In this document: positions 8,321 through 17,674 of the stretch, piece by piece
Layout of the letters: each line of letters begins with the position of its first letter
Numbering within the stretch: the stretch's first letter is position 1
The notes under the pieces: model-generated
Databases searched by the model: none
Told to the model about the DNA's origin: nothing
Seen by the model: only the letters and a program-made list of their open reading frames with translations
Position numbers and translations under genes: made by a program
NCBI GenBank assembly: GCA_964586595.1
Contig: CAZPHB010000010.1
Span: 3,995-67,994 of the forward strand
Length of the DNA stretch: 64,000 nucleotides
Direction: 5' to 3'
Origin: an uncultured Flavobacteriaceae bacterium
GTDB lineage: Bacteria; Bacteroidota; Bacteroidia; NS11-12g; UBA955

Positions 8321-10873
8321 TTATTGCTGCAAAGCGATGCGCTTCATGTAGTGCGTATGTTCAGACTGAACCTGAATCCAGTAGATGCCATTGCTCAGGC
8401 CGGTGAGGTTCAGGTGCATGGTATTGGCTGCTGCTGCATTGTGCTGCATCACCACGCGTCCGTTGGCATCAACAACACTGATGTTCATGGTGCCGCTGAG
8501 TTGTTCTGTGAACTGCAGTGTTATAGTCCCTGTGCTTGGGTTAGGATACACCTCGAAGTTGCGCATGGGTAATTCATTGACTGAATTTGCCGGTTCCTGG
8601 AACCGTTTCAACTTGATAAATCTGGATTGTGCAGCCAGCAAATTCTGTGTGTCGGCTGTAGCTACAACAGCCCATTGCAGCGTTACGCTGTCGCCGGGAT
8701 TAAGCCCCTGGCTGACCAGCAATGCATCTATTCCACCATAAGAAACAGTGAACACCGTGTCTTTACCGGAATTGTTTGATGGGAATGAGAATGTGGGAGT
8801 ATTGAAGTTGCCACCGGGAAGGATGGCCACCCAGCGATAGGTCACAGGTAAGGTACCTGCTGTGCTTTTGCGCCAGATGATGTCCACCAGGTCAGGCTGG
8901 GAAGGCTTTACCGTGAGTGAAGCGCCATCAGCAGGTGATACCAGTCCGAAGCTGCTCAATGGGGCAACCATATAACCGCGGATGAGGTCGATGGCAAAGC
9001 TTTCTGAATAGATGGTATCGGCGCTCGATGATGAAACGGCACGCACACGCCAAACAGCTTTAAGTGTGTCGCCTACCTTCAGTCCGAAGCTGGCAAGCAC
9101 CTGGTCGATGGCGCCGAAGTTCAGGCTCAGGGTGGTATCGGCGCCGCTGTTGTCCGACGCCAATGCAAGGGCAGGTGGCGCGTATTTGTCCAGCGCGCGG
9201 AGGTCTGCCTGCCAGGTATAGCTTACGTTGCTGAGTTTGGCAGCGGAGGTCCAGCTGATGGTTACCGGGGTGGAAGCAGGGCCATTTACGCGAAGGCTGA
9301 AATTATCTGGAGGACTCAGGTTGCTGATGCTTCCGAGGTCTTTGGTAGAACGCTTCAGCCGGATGTCCCAAATCTGGGAAGCGTCGCGTCGCTGGGTGTC
9401 GGCTGCCGCGCGCACGGTCCACTGCAAATCTATGCTGTCGCCCTGTTGGAGGCCAAGGCTTGCAAGGAGGTTGTCGAGTGCGCCAAGGGTAACGGTGAGT
9501 GTGGTATCGGAACCGCTGTTGTCCGATGCGAGGCTTACGGCCGGACTGGCGAAACTGCCGCCTTTGGCTATGGCCAGCCATTGGTAGGTTACGGGCAAGG
9601 TGCCTGCCTTGGCAGCGCTCCAGCGAATCACAGCCTGTTGGGCCTGTCCGGAGGCCACGGTCAGTGCAGTTTCATCGGCCGGTGCCAACAGGTTGAAGGG
9701 CGACAATGGAGCAACCATGTAGCCGCGGATGAGGTCGATGGCAAATGTGTCGGAATAAAGCGTATCTCCACTTGAAACTGCGCGCACACGCCATACGGCC
9801 TTAAGTGTGTCACCTACTTTTAAGCCAAGGCCGGCAAGCACTTGGTCAAGTGCGCCGAAGTTGAGGCTGAGCGTGGTGTCTTTACCGCTGTTGTCGGAGG
9901 CCAGTGCCAGCGCAGCGGGATTGAATCCGGAAATTGAACGGGCATCGGCCTGCCATTCGTAAACGGCACCGGGGAAGTTCTGTGCTGCAAACCAGTTGAT
10001 CGTAACGGGCGTCGATGCAGGTCCGTTCACGCGGAGGGATGCATTATTCGCCGGGCCGACCAGTTTGGGTGCAACGGGATTATTGGTGGCAACCCAGTTC
10101 CAGTCGGTGCGGGCAATGATGCCGTCCACCATGATGCCTTGGCCGGCATTGAACTGTCGGAGTGCAGCAAATTGTATGAAGTTTACATCTGTTTGGTCTC
10201 CGCCCAGCGGACCCAATGTGGGCTTGGCAGGTTCTGCGGTAATATCATCGCCATCGGCAAATACAAACAAGCTCACAGAATCGTTGGTGGCGGAGCCTGG
10301 AATGAAATGGTATTTCACCACCGCCATGTAGGTCACGCCCGTATCGAGGTCGCTTGTCATGTTCACACCCGCAGTAGACGGGGCAGTTGACGAATTGAAC
10401 GTAAGGCCAAGCCTGAACTGACTGGTTGAGCTGCCGGGAACAACATAGGTTCGTGCCCGGAAAGCCGAGCTGATGGCCGTGTACACAGGTACACTGTTGT
10501 TTGCATATTCCCCAACGTGGAAGAAATATCCTTGCGTACTGGTAGTTACCACCTTGTTCACCTTGAACAGGAATGCCGTGTACACTTTGCCGGAATCAAC
10601 CCAGCTTGAGAACGGCCTGTTCTCGTCGCTGCCGGTATTGCTTACCGATGCAGCGTTGCCAACGCCACTTCCAAGATAAGCGGTCTTGCTCCACGACAAT
10701 CCGCCGTTGCTTACTTTGATGGGATTGGTGGTGCCGGCGCTGTGGCCATACCAGCCGTTGTTTTGAAGGTTGTCACCCGATGTGTAATCGAAGTGCTCAA
10801 CCAGTAAAGGGTTTTGGGCCTGCAACTGCGAAAGCAACAGCATTCCCGAAATGAGCGTATAGATTTTTTTCAT
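8321..10873 (-). CDS. T9SS-sorted secreted protein with conserved N-terminal domain, (A-B)x2 repeat modules and Por_Secre_tail
   Basis: ATG at 10873 (MKKIYTLISGMLLLSQLQAQ signal). C-terminus has VYPNPSTGTITLQF...GIYWIQVQSE, a T9SS type A sorting domain. N-terminal 250 aa are paralogous to 10981..12414. Confidence 0.85.
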   Translation of the reverse strand: MKKIYTLISGMLLLSQLQAQNPLLVEHFDYTSGDNLQNNGWYGHSAGTTNPIKVSNGGLSWSKTAYLGSGVGNAASVSNTGSDENRPFSSWVDSGKVYTAFLFKVNKVVTTSTQGYFFHVGEYANNSVPVYTAISSAFRARTYVVPGSSTSQFRLGLTFNSSTAPSTAGVNMTSDLDTGVTYMAVVKYHFIPGSATNDSVSLFVFADGDDITAEPAKPTLGPLGGDQTDVNFIQFAALRQFNAGQGIMVDGIIARTDWNWVATNNPVAPKLVGPANNASLRVNGPASTPVTINWFAAQNFPGAVYEWQADARSISGFNPAALALASDNSGKDTTLSLNFGALDQVLAGLGLKVGDTLKAVWRVRAVSSGDTLYSDTFAIDLIRGYMVAPLSPFNLLAPADETALTVASGQAQQAVIRWSAAKAGTLPVTYQWLAIAKGGSFASPAVSLASDNSGSDTTLTVTLGALDNLLASLGLQQGDSIDLQWTVRAAADTQRRDASQIWDIRLKRSTKDLGSISNLSPPDNFSLRVNGPASTPVTISWTSAAKLSNVSYTWQADLRALDKYAPPALALASDNSGADTTLSLNFGAIDQVLASFGLKVGDTLKAVWRVRAVSSSSADTIYSESFAIDLIRGYMVAPLSSFGLVSPADGASLTVKPSQPDLVDIIWRKSTAGTLPVTYRWVAILPGGNFNTPTFSFPSNNSGKDTVFTVSYGGIDALLVSQGLNPGDSVTLQWAVVATADTQNLLAAQSRFIKLKRFQEPANSVNELPMRNFEVYPNPSTGTITLQFTEQLSGTMNISVVDANGRVVMQHNAAAANTMHLNLTGLSNGIYWIQVQSEHTHYMKRIALQQ
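8591..10075 (-). repeat. intragenic tandem duplication: four ~120-aa modules arranged A1-B1-A2-B2
   Basis: A1 is aa 281-400 and A2 is aa 529-649. They share long identical strings (LRVNGPASTPVTI, LALASDNSG, GLKVGDTLKAVWRVRAVSS, FAIDLIRGYMVAPLS). B1/B2 share GTLPVTY.W and the SDNSG/SNNSG blocks. Period about 247-249 aa. Confidence 0.85.
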
Positions 10874-10980
10874 GGTTTGTGCATTAATTGGATTTACATC
10901 TACTAAATCAAACACTTGAATGGCCTTGAGGTTTTAACCTATGGAAGACAAAATCATTTTTAATTAGATGTCCACACGTT

Positions 10981-12414
10981 TTATCTGCCAATCATCAGGC
11001 GTTGAGGGCTGAAGCTGATGCCGTTTGCGTGAACATCAATCATGTAGATGCCTTCGGGTAATGTTTCGAGGGAAATCCGGGCAGGCTGGCCTGCAGGCTC
11101 CAGGCCGGTGAATACAAGTCGTCCAAGCGCATCGAATACGCGGATGTGCAGCATGCCACTTTTTACTGCATTTGTGTGCAGCTCAACATATCCGTTGCCG
11201 GGATTGGGGTAGAGGCTGAATTCTTTCAGTTCCCTTATTTCATCCGCAGCGGAGCCGTTGCCTTTCCTGATTAGGTCAATATTATACACATTCGAATACA
11301 GGGTATCGGTTCCGGCCGTCGCGCGCACGCGCCAGACCGCTTTGAGGGTATCTCCGGGTTGAACGCCAAGACTTGCCAACGCCGTTTCGATGGCGCCGTA
11401 GGTAAGGCTCAGCACAGTGTCCGCGCCGCTGTTGTCGGATGGCAGCGCCAGTGCAGGAGGGTTGAACGTGCCGCCGGCACGTGCATCTGCCTGCCACTCA
11501 TACACCACATTGCCACCCACGTTACGCACTGCAGACCAGCTGATGCTTACCGGAGTTCCGGCAGGCCCGTCGAGGTTCAGGGTGGAATTATTGGCAGGAC
11601 TCAACAATACAGGCGCCACCGGAGTGGAGGTAGCCAGCCATTCCCAATTGTTGCGTACAATCAGCCCGTCAACGGTAATGCGCTGACCTGCATTGAATTG
11701 GCGAAGCGCGATGTACTGCATGAGATTTACATCGCCTTGGGTGCCCGCCACAGGTCCCGCATCGGCTTTGGCAGGTTCGGCGCTGATGTTGGCGCCATCT
11801 TCAAATACATACAAACTTACCGAGTCGTTGGCTGCTCCGGGAATGAACTGATATTTCACCACCACCAGGTAGGTACGGCCGGTATCCAGATCACGGCTTA
11901 CATCCACGCCCTGCGCTGACGGAGGTGTGGCAGAATTGAACGTAATCCCCATTCTGAAAGTGGCTGCGGTAGTGCCGGGAACCACATATGTGCGGGCCCG
12001 GAAAGCAAAACTGATGGAAGTATATGCCGGATTGGCTGTATCGCTGTATTCCCCCATATGAAAAAAATACCCCTGATTCCCAGTGTTCACTTCGCCATTC
12101 ACCCGCATCAGGAAACCGGCGTACACGGCACCTGAACGTACAAAACTGCTCAGCGGCCTGTTTTCGTCGCTGCCGGTATTGCTTACCGCTGCTGCATTTC
12201 CAACGCCACTCCCCAGATACGGCGTCTGTGCCCAGGATAGACCGCCATCGGTAACCTTGATCGGATTGGTTGTACCGGCGCTGTGCGCATTCCATCCATT
12301 GTCTTGCAGGTTGGTACCCGCATCATAATTGAAATGTTCAACAAGCAAAGGCGCCTGCCCCTGCAAAGACCAGCCCAGAAGGCCAAAACAAACGAGTGTC
12401 AGGTGTTTCTTCAT
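10981..12414 (-). CDS. T9SS-sorted secreted protein, shorter paralog (N-domain + one A module + Por_Secre_tail)
   Basis: Signal MKKHLTLVCFGLLGWSLQGQ. N-domain about two-thirds identical by eye to the neighbour (LLVEHF.Y, HSAGTTNPIKV, YLGSGVGNAA.VSNTGSDENRP). Has GDTLKAVWRVRA. C-terminus SLYPNPGNGYVELH...GIYMIDV. Confidence 0.85.
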   Translation of the reverse strand: MKKHLTLVCFGLLGWSLQGQAPLLVEHFNYDAGTNLQDNGWNAHSAGTTNPIKVTDGGLSWAQTPYLGSGVGNAAAVSNTGSDENRPLSSFVRSGAVYAGFLMRVNGEVNTGNQGYFFHMGEYSDTANPAYTSISFAFRARTYVVPGTTAATFRMGITFNSATPPSAQGVDVSRDLDTGRTYLVVVKYQFIPGAANDSVSLYVFEDGANISAEPAKADAGPVAGTQGDVNLMQYIALRQFNAGQRITVDGLIVRNNWEWLATSTPVAPVLLSPANNSTLNLDGPAGTPVSISWSAVRNVGGNVVYEWQADARAGGTFNPPALALPSDNSGADTVLSLTYGAIETALASLGVQPGDTLKAVWRVRATAGTDTLYSNVYNIDLIRKGNGSAADEIRELKEFSLYPNPGNGYVELHTNAVKSGMLHIRVFDALGRLVFTGLEPAGQPARISLETLPEGIYMIDVHANGISFSPQRLMIGR

Positions 12415-12511
12415 GCGGTTGAGGTTTTGGGTTTAAGCGTCAAAGTTTACAATTTCAACAGTGCAAATACATACCAGTTGGCAAAAAAAGTGGATGCCAA
12501 TCTGGGTCAGC

Positions 12512-14011
12512 CTAAAGAGTTCCCACTACATCATGGACGATATGTAGTTTATGTCGGATGGCACTGGGGCTTACGGTCGAATAGCCCAGGATGAGGCCTG
12601 GCTGCCTGTATGCTCCTGCATAGCAGTTTGAAAGCGGAAAAGCTGCAATGCCTTTTCTGCCAAGAGCCTGAATCAGGGTCTGCTCGCGTTGGATGTCTGA
12701 GGATTCCCGAAATAATGCAACCACATGCAAACTCCGGAATCCTGTTTCCATCAATTCCATGTTTCCAACAGCATCCGCAAAACTATTCCTGAATACTTCC
12801 AGGCGTTCAGCCGCTACTTCCTTTAAATTTTTCAGATGTTGGTACAGGTGATTCCGCTCAATAAACTGGCCCATCACCATTTGCAGCGAAGGCGATACAA
12901 ACCGGTGGCTGTGTTCTTCAAAAGCCTTAACCACAGCTACCAAATGCGGAGGCAGGACCATAAAGCCCAGCCGAATGGAAGGATAAAGCAAACGATTGAA
13001 TGTGCCGAGGTAAATGGTGCGCTGCTCCTTATCCAGACTGAAAATAGTCGATATTTTTTCACGGTTGTTGGCTATTTCCTGTTCGTAATCATTTTCGATA
13101 ATCAACGCCTTACATGCCGAAGCCTGACGCAGCAATTCCAGCCTGCGGTCCAAACTCATCTTCATGCCCAATGGGTATTGATCTGATGGTGTAACATGAA
13201 TCAACTTGGGCCGGACCGGCCGCAGGTCGTGTTTCCCGTGGAGTTGTATTCCTTCGGCATCGGGTGCTATGGCGTGCACATTGGCCCGGAAGCTTCTGAA
13301 AACAGCCTGCACATTTGGGAACGTGGGGTTTTCGATAACCACCTTATCGCCGGGGTCGATGAGTGCACTGGCAATCAGATACAAGGATTGCAGGCTTCCG
13401 GAAACCACCACGATCTGGTCGGGATGCACGCGGATGGAGCGATTTACATGCAGGTAATTGCATATCTGCTGTTGCAAATGCTGCGTAGCGGTTGATTGGC
13501 CATACGACAAATCTGAAGAACGGATGTGCCGCCAATAGCTGTTCAGCAGGTTTTTCCAGCGGTTGATGGGAAATATGTCGATGGGCGGTAAGCCGGGTTT
13601 GAAGGCAATGCCCACATCGGGTGCACGGTTCATCAACCCGATGTGCCCAAGCACAGCATCGCCCAGGGCGGATAATGTCGGATACTCATGCACTCCGGCA
13701 GCATTTGCAACAGGAATTTCGGGCGTCATGGCTTCTGAAAGCACCCAATATCCCGAACCGGCCCGCGCCACAATCAGTTTTTCCAACAGCAACAATTCGT
13801 ACGCCGTATTCACCGTGGTGCGGGAAAGATTCAGGCAATCAGCCAGTTGCCGTGTAGAAGGGAGGCGCCATTTCAGCGGAATCTCTTGCTGCGCAATGCA
13901 CGATTTGATGGCACGGTACAAATCAAGATACCGGAACTTGCTCCCGTTTCCAGCTTCATTTTTGTATGCTTCTGAAATCAGCTTCAGTGCGAAATTCAAA
14001 TTGGTATGCAT
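12512..14011 (-). CDS. MocR/GabR-type transcriptional regulator (GntR HTH fused to aminotransferase class I/II fold)
   Basis: N-terminal wHTH (LPSTRQLADCLNLSRTTVNTAYELL) plus a roughly 350-aa PLP-aminotransferase-like domain. Codon at 14089 is TTG; ATG at 14011 gives MHTNLNF. Confidence 0.8.
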   Translation of the reverse strand: MHTNLNFALKLISEAYKNEAGNGSKFRYLDLYRAIKSCIAQQEIPLKWRLPSTRQLADCLNLSRTTVNTAYELLLLEKLIVARAGSGYWVLSEAMTPEIPVANAAGVHEYPTLSALGDAVLGHIGLMNRAPDVGIAFKPGLPPIDIFPINRWKNLLNSYWRHIRSSDLSYGQSTATQHLQQQICNYLHVNRSIRVHPDQIVVVSGSLQSLYLIASALIDPGDKVVIENPTFPNVQAVFRSFRANVHAIAPDAEGIQLHGKHDLRPVRPKLIHVTPSDQYPLGMKMSLDRRLELLRQASACKALIIENDYEQEIANNREKISTIFSLDKEQRTIYLGTFNRLLYPSIRLGFMVLPPHLVAVVKAFEEHSHRFVSPSLQMVMGQFIERNHLYQHLKNLKEVAAERLEVFRNSFADAVGNMELMETGFRSLHVVALFRESSDIQREQTLIQALGRKGIAAFPLSNCYAGAYRQPGLILGYSTVSPSAIRHKLHIVHDVVGTL

Positions 14012-14030
14012 ATTTTTTTCATCTGGTATG
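14002..14030. promoter_or_regulatory. candidate MocR operator: direct repeat TGGTATG (= CATACCA) x2, 22 bp apart
   Basis: TGGTATG at 14002-14008 and 14024-14030, in the about 50 bp divergent region between the MocR gene and 14063..14986. The reverse complement contains ATACCA, the half-site reported for B. subtilis GabR. Confidence 0.35.
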
Positions 14031-14062
14031 GCAAAGATGCGTGATGTGGACTGTTTTTTTGG

Positions 14063-14986
14063 ATGATGCGGTTTCTTCTCCGGCTTCAAAGGTTCATGGC
14101 CATAGGCGCATCCTTGTGCCTGCTTTTGGGTGTTTTCGCCTGTTCAGAGCAGGATGAGCCCGGCACAAAATGGTCCGGGAGCGGCATGCAGGTATTCTAC
14201 GACGAAGCACTTTCCGCGCCACGCAGCCTCCGCCTTTTTTACTATGTGCCTGAAAAAAAGCAGGAACAGATGCCTGTGGTGGTGGTGTTCCACGGAGTTG
14301 AGCGCAACGCTGTTGAATACCGCGATGCGCTGATATCCAAAGCTGCGGCGAAGGGCTTCATCTTGGTGGTGCCTGAATTTTCTGAGGCAGTTTTTCCCGG
14401 AACCAATGCCTATGCGTTGGGCGATATGTATCCGGATGGCGAATTGCCTCATTCCGACAGCCTGAGGCCTGCCAATTTTTGGTCGTACTCCGTTGTTCCG
14501 CGCATCCTGCAGTTTGTGCGTATGAAAACCAATACGGCAGGAGCGAATGTTTATGCTGTTGGCCATTCTGCAGGCGCACAGTTCCTGCACCGTGCCCTGC
14601 TTTTTCTGCCCGATTTGGCGTTTGACGCCGCCGTGGTTTCGGCCGCCGGTTGGTACACCCTTCCGGAGAAACAGGTCAATTTCCCCTACGGCACAGGAAT
14701 AGCTCCGGCCGATTCACTGAAGCATGCCGCTTTCTTTCAGCGCAGCATCCGGGTGCAGGTGGGCATGAACGATAACAATCCAAATTCATCCACGCTGCGC
14801 CATACACCCGAAGCCGATGCTCAGGGTTTACATCGACTGGCAAGGGCACAATACTTCCACAACCGTTGCGCCCAGCTGGCCGCTCAATCCGGCAAACCCT
14901 TCAACTGGAGCCTGCACCTGATTCCAAACCTCGGACATGATTTTGCTCAGGCCATTAACCACAGCGCCGACCTGCTCTTTCCCTGA
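14063..14986 (+). CDS. alpha/beta-hydrolase esterase lipoprotein (PHB-depolymerase/esterase-like)
   Basis: Lipobox LLGVFAC. Nucleophile elbow GHSAG. Late LGHDF histidine block. Confidence 0.65.
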   Translation: MMRFLLRLQRFMAIGASLCLLLGVFACSEQDEPGTKWSGSGMQVFYDEALSAPRSLRLFYYVPEKKQEQMPVVVVFHGVERNAVEYRDALISKAAAKGFILVVPEFSEAVFPGTNAYALGDMYPDGELPHSDSLRPANFWSYSVVPRILQFVRMKTNTAGANVYAVGHSAGAQFLHRALLFLPDLAFDAAVVSAAGWYTLPEKQVNFPYGTGIAPADSLKHAAFFQRSIRVQVGMNDNNPNSSTLRHTPEADAQGLHRLARAQYFHNRCAQLAAQSGKPFNWSLHLIPNLGHDFAQAINHSADLLFP

Positions 14987-15004
14987 GCCATTCCGCAATT
15001 ATTT

Positions 15005-16456
15005 ATGCCGCGTTTCAATCGTGTAAAAATCCTCTTCCCGGAGCCTTTGCGCAGCCTGCAGCTCTTGTCGGGGCCGTTTGTGTTCCTGCTCTTGCAGCAA
15101 TGGCAACCCTTTGCGGGGCTCAGCGCTCAGGGACATGCACTGCTCGGCGTGGCACTCTGGATGGCCGTTTGGTGGCTCACCGAAGCCGTAGATATGGCAG
15201 CCACCGCGCTCTTGCCCCTGGTGCTTTTCCCCTTGTTCTGCGGCATCGGCATCAACGAAACCAGCCGCACATATGCACATCCCTATGTATTCCTCTTCCT
15301 CGGCGGTTTCTTGCTCTCCCTGGCCATCGAAAAATGGTCGCTGCATAAACGCCTGGCACTCCATATCGTGTTGTTGGTAGGAACGGCGCCGCATAAGCTG
15401 ATCCTTGGATTCATGCTGGCAACGGCGCTCTTGTCCATGTGGATTTCCAATACCGCTGCTACAGTCATGATGCTGCCAATCGCGTTGGCTGTGGTCCGAC
15501 ATCAGCAGCACAAATCCAATAATACCGGGTATGCCGCCATCTTGATGCTGTCCATCGCGTACGCGGCTTCCATCGGGGGCATGGCCACCCTGATCGGCTC
15601 GCCGCCCAACCTTGTGATGGCCGGTTTGCTGAAGCAGAAATACGGCATCGAATTGTCGTTTTTCGACTGGTTCATCTTTGCCTTTCCATTGAGTATTGGC
15701 TTGTTGATAAGCGCCTGGTGGTATTTCACACGCAATCTGAAAGGAGCAGAAGCGCAAGAAGACCCGGGAAGTGCGGAGGAAATCAGGGGCGAACTGGCAG
15801 CATTGGGTGGCATGAGCCCGGAAGAAAAAAAGCTGGCGGTGGTTTTTGTGGTTATGGCCTTTCTGTGGACCTTCCGTTCGCTGTTGCTGGTAAAATTCAT
15901 TCCCGCGCTGGACGATTCCCTCATCGCCATCGCCGGTGGTTTGCTGCTTTTCACCTTGCCGGCCACAGGGAATTCACGCTTGCTGAACTGGTCCGATACG
16001 CGCGAGCTGCCCTGGGGCATCCTGCTGCTCTTCGGCGGTGGAATGGCCCTGGCCGATGGTTTTGAACGCAGCGGACTGGCCGCCTGGATCGGTTCGCAAC
16101 TCGCGGTACTTCAATTATTGCCGTTCTGGCTGATTCTTGCACTGCTCATCCTGAGCGTCAACTTCCTCACCGAAATCACTTCCAACCTGGCCACAACGGC
16201 AATGTTGCTGCCCATCGTGGCTTCGATGTCAGACAGCCTGCAGGTGCATCCTTACTTCCTTTTCTTCGGCACCACGCTGGCGGCATCCTGCGCGTTTATG
16301 CTGCCGGTGGCCACACCTCCCAATGCGATTGTGTTCGGAACCGGCGTCATTCCCATGAAAGAGATGCTTAGACACGGGTTCCGCTTCAACCTGATGTCGG
16401 CCGCGCTGATATCGCTGCTGTGTTATTTCCTGCTGCCCCGGCTGTTGAATATATAA
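15005..16456 (+). CDS. SLC13/DASS family anion:sodium symporter
   Basis: 483 aa polytopic protein. Duplicated SNTA(A)T / PPN hairpin motifs (ISNTAATVMMLPI, IGSPPNLV, TSNLATTAMLLPI, ATPPNAIVF) are characteristic of DASS transporters. Confidence 0.85.
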   Translation: MPRFNRVKILFPEPLRSLQLLSGPFVFLLLQQWQPFAGLSAQGHALLGVALWMAVWWLTEAVDMAATALLPLVLFPLFCGIGINETSRTYAHPYVFLFLGGFLLSLAIEKWSLHKRLALHIVLLVGTAPHKLILGFMLATALLSMWISNTAATVMMLPIALAVVRHQQHKSNNTGYAAILMLSIAYAASIGGMATLIGSPPNLVMAGLLKQKYGIELSFFDWFIFAFPLSIGLLISAWWYFTRNLKGAEAQEDPGSAEEIRGELAALGGMSPEEKKLAVVFVVMAFLWTFRSLLLVKFIPALDDSLIAIAGGLLLFTLPATGNSRLLNWSDTRELPWGILLLFGGGMALADGFERSGLAAWIGSQLAVLQLLPFWLILALLILSVNFLTEITSNLATTAMLLPIVASMSDSLQVHPYFLFFGTTLAASCAFMLPVATPPNAIVFGTGVIPMKEMLRHGFRFNLMSAALISLLCYFLLPRLLNI

Positions 16457-16459
16457 TGT

Positions 16460-17662
16460 TCAAAACCCCAGCTGCACCATTAAATCCAATTGCATCTGCC
16501 GGGCTCCGGTTTCCGGTCTTAAAAAGGTGCAGGCACTTTGAATCTTTAACTGATTTCCTGCAACATATTTGCTCAGTCCAAACCCGGTGTAAGACATAGG
16601 ATTGATGGTGCCCGGGCCGTAATTTTCGAATTCAGGTTTCAGCCGTCCGAGCCTGAAATCGGCGCTGTAACCGCGCTTGGTCACATAGCCAAACTGGGCG
16701 TTGAATGCACTGCCCAAGGCCAGGAATGAACTGATTTGTTGCGGTGCGAGGCGTATAACGGCATTTGGGTCGAGAAACTGCTGGCTCAAACCGCTTGCAG
16801 TGCCCTGCACCCATTCGGCCAGCAAAGAAAAGCCGCGGTACTTGGCGTTCAGGTCGGCATACAATTGCCGGTAATCAGGAAAGGCCTGTGCCCCGTTTTC
16901 ATTGTACAGCATGAAGTTGCCGTGGCCTTCACCCACCGCATCGCTGGCGCCGTGGTTCATGCTCCAGGCAAATCCGCCTGCGATTTTAAGTTTCGCTTCA
17001 TGCGCCAGGTCTGCGCTGTGCAACTCATTTCCCTTGCTGAAATAACCTAAGGGATATACATTGAGCCGGGCCGCGTATTTCAATCCGCCAAGGTCTGTAT
17101 CGCGCGAATCTTCCCCGAAAGAGTTCCTTCCGTCGCCCGAGGTTACAGCCAGCATGGGTTCGAAGCCGATTTTGTTGCCATACCGTCCTTCTACGAACAG
17201 GCCGAATTCACGGCCGGTGCGGCTGAAACGGCTGCTCAGCAAGCTGCGGTCGGTAAACTGCAGGCGGTCTTCGCGGTAGCGCATTTCGGCATTGTTCGCA
17301 AAATGTTGCTTCTGCCCCATGGTGATGCTCAGGTGTTCATCCGGATGCCAGGCCACCCAGGCATCCATCAATGGCCTTGCATCGCTGAGGTTGGTCTGGA
17401 TCAGGAAGCTGACTTTCTCGTTTACGGCTTTTCCGCCCAGGTAGAAAAAAGCCCTGCGTGCATTGAAACGCCTTTCTCCGGGTACATCCGCTGTTTTGTC
17501 GAACGTAAGGCCGGGCTGGAAAAAGCCTCCAACATGAAACTGGTAATTGTCTTCCTGAAAGCTGAATAAAACCGGATTCATGGTTTGCAAGGGATTTGCA
17601 CGCTGGGCAAAGGCCGGTTGCATGATGCCTGCAAGCACGAGGGTATAAAAGCACTTCTTCAT
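16460..17662 (-). CDS. OprO/OprP-family (Porin_O_P) outer membrane porin
   Basis: Signal peptide ending AFAQ. Alternating beta-strand pattern ending in aromatic F. Blocks LMDAWVAW, REFGLFVEG and GLKYAARL are shared with the paralog at 19208..20515. Confidence 0.7.
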   Translation of the reverse strand: MKKCFYTLVLAGIMQPAFAQRANPLQTMNPVLFSFQEDNYQFHVGGFFQPGLTFDKTADVPGERRFNARRAFFYLGGKAVNEKVSFLIQTNLSDARPLMDAWVAWHPDEHLSITMGQKQHFANNAEMRYREDRLQFTDRSLLSSRFSRTGREFGLFVEGRYGNKIGFEPMLAVTSGDGRNSFGEDSRDTDLGGLKYAARLNVYPLGYFSKGNELHSADLAHEAKLKIAGGFAWSMNHGASDAVGEGHGNFMLYNENGAQAFPDYRQLYADLNAKYRGFSLLAEWVQGTASGLSQQFLDPNAVIRLAPQQISSFLALGSAFNAQFGYVTKRGYSADFRLGRLKPEFENYGPGTINPMSYTGFGLSKYVAGNQLKIQSACTFLRPETGARQMQLDLMVQLGF

Positions 17663-17674
17663 GGGTTCTGGGTT

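Noticed and set aside
8591-10075. Regularly spaced repeats that could superficially suggest a CRISPR-like or satellite array.
   Set aside because: The period is about 745 bp and lies entirely inside one long ORF. The repeats translate into protein modules. There are no short direct repeats with unique spacers anywhere in the window.
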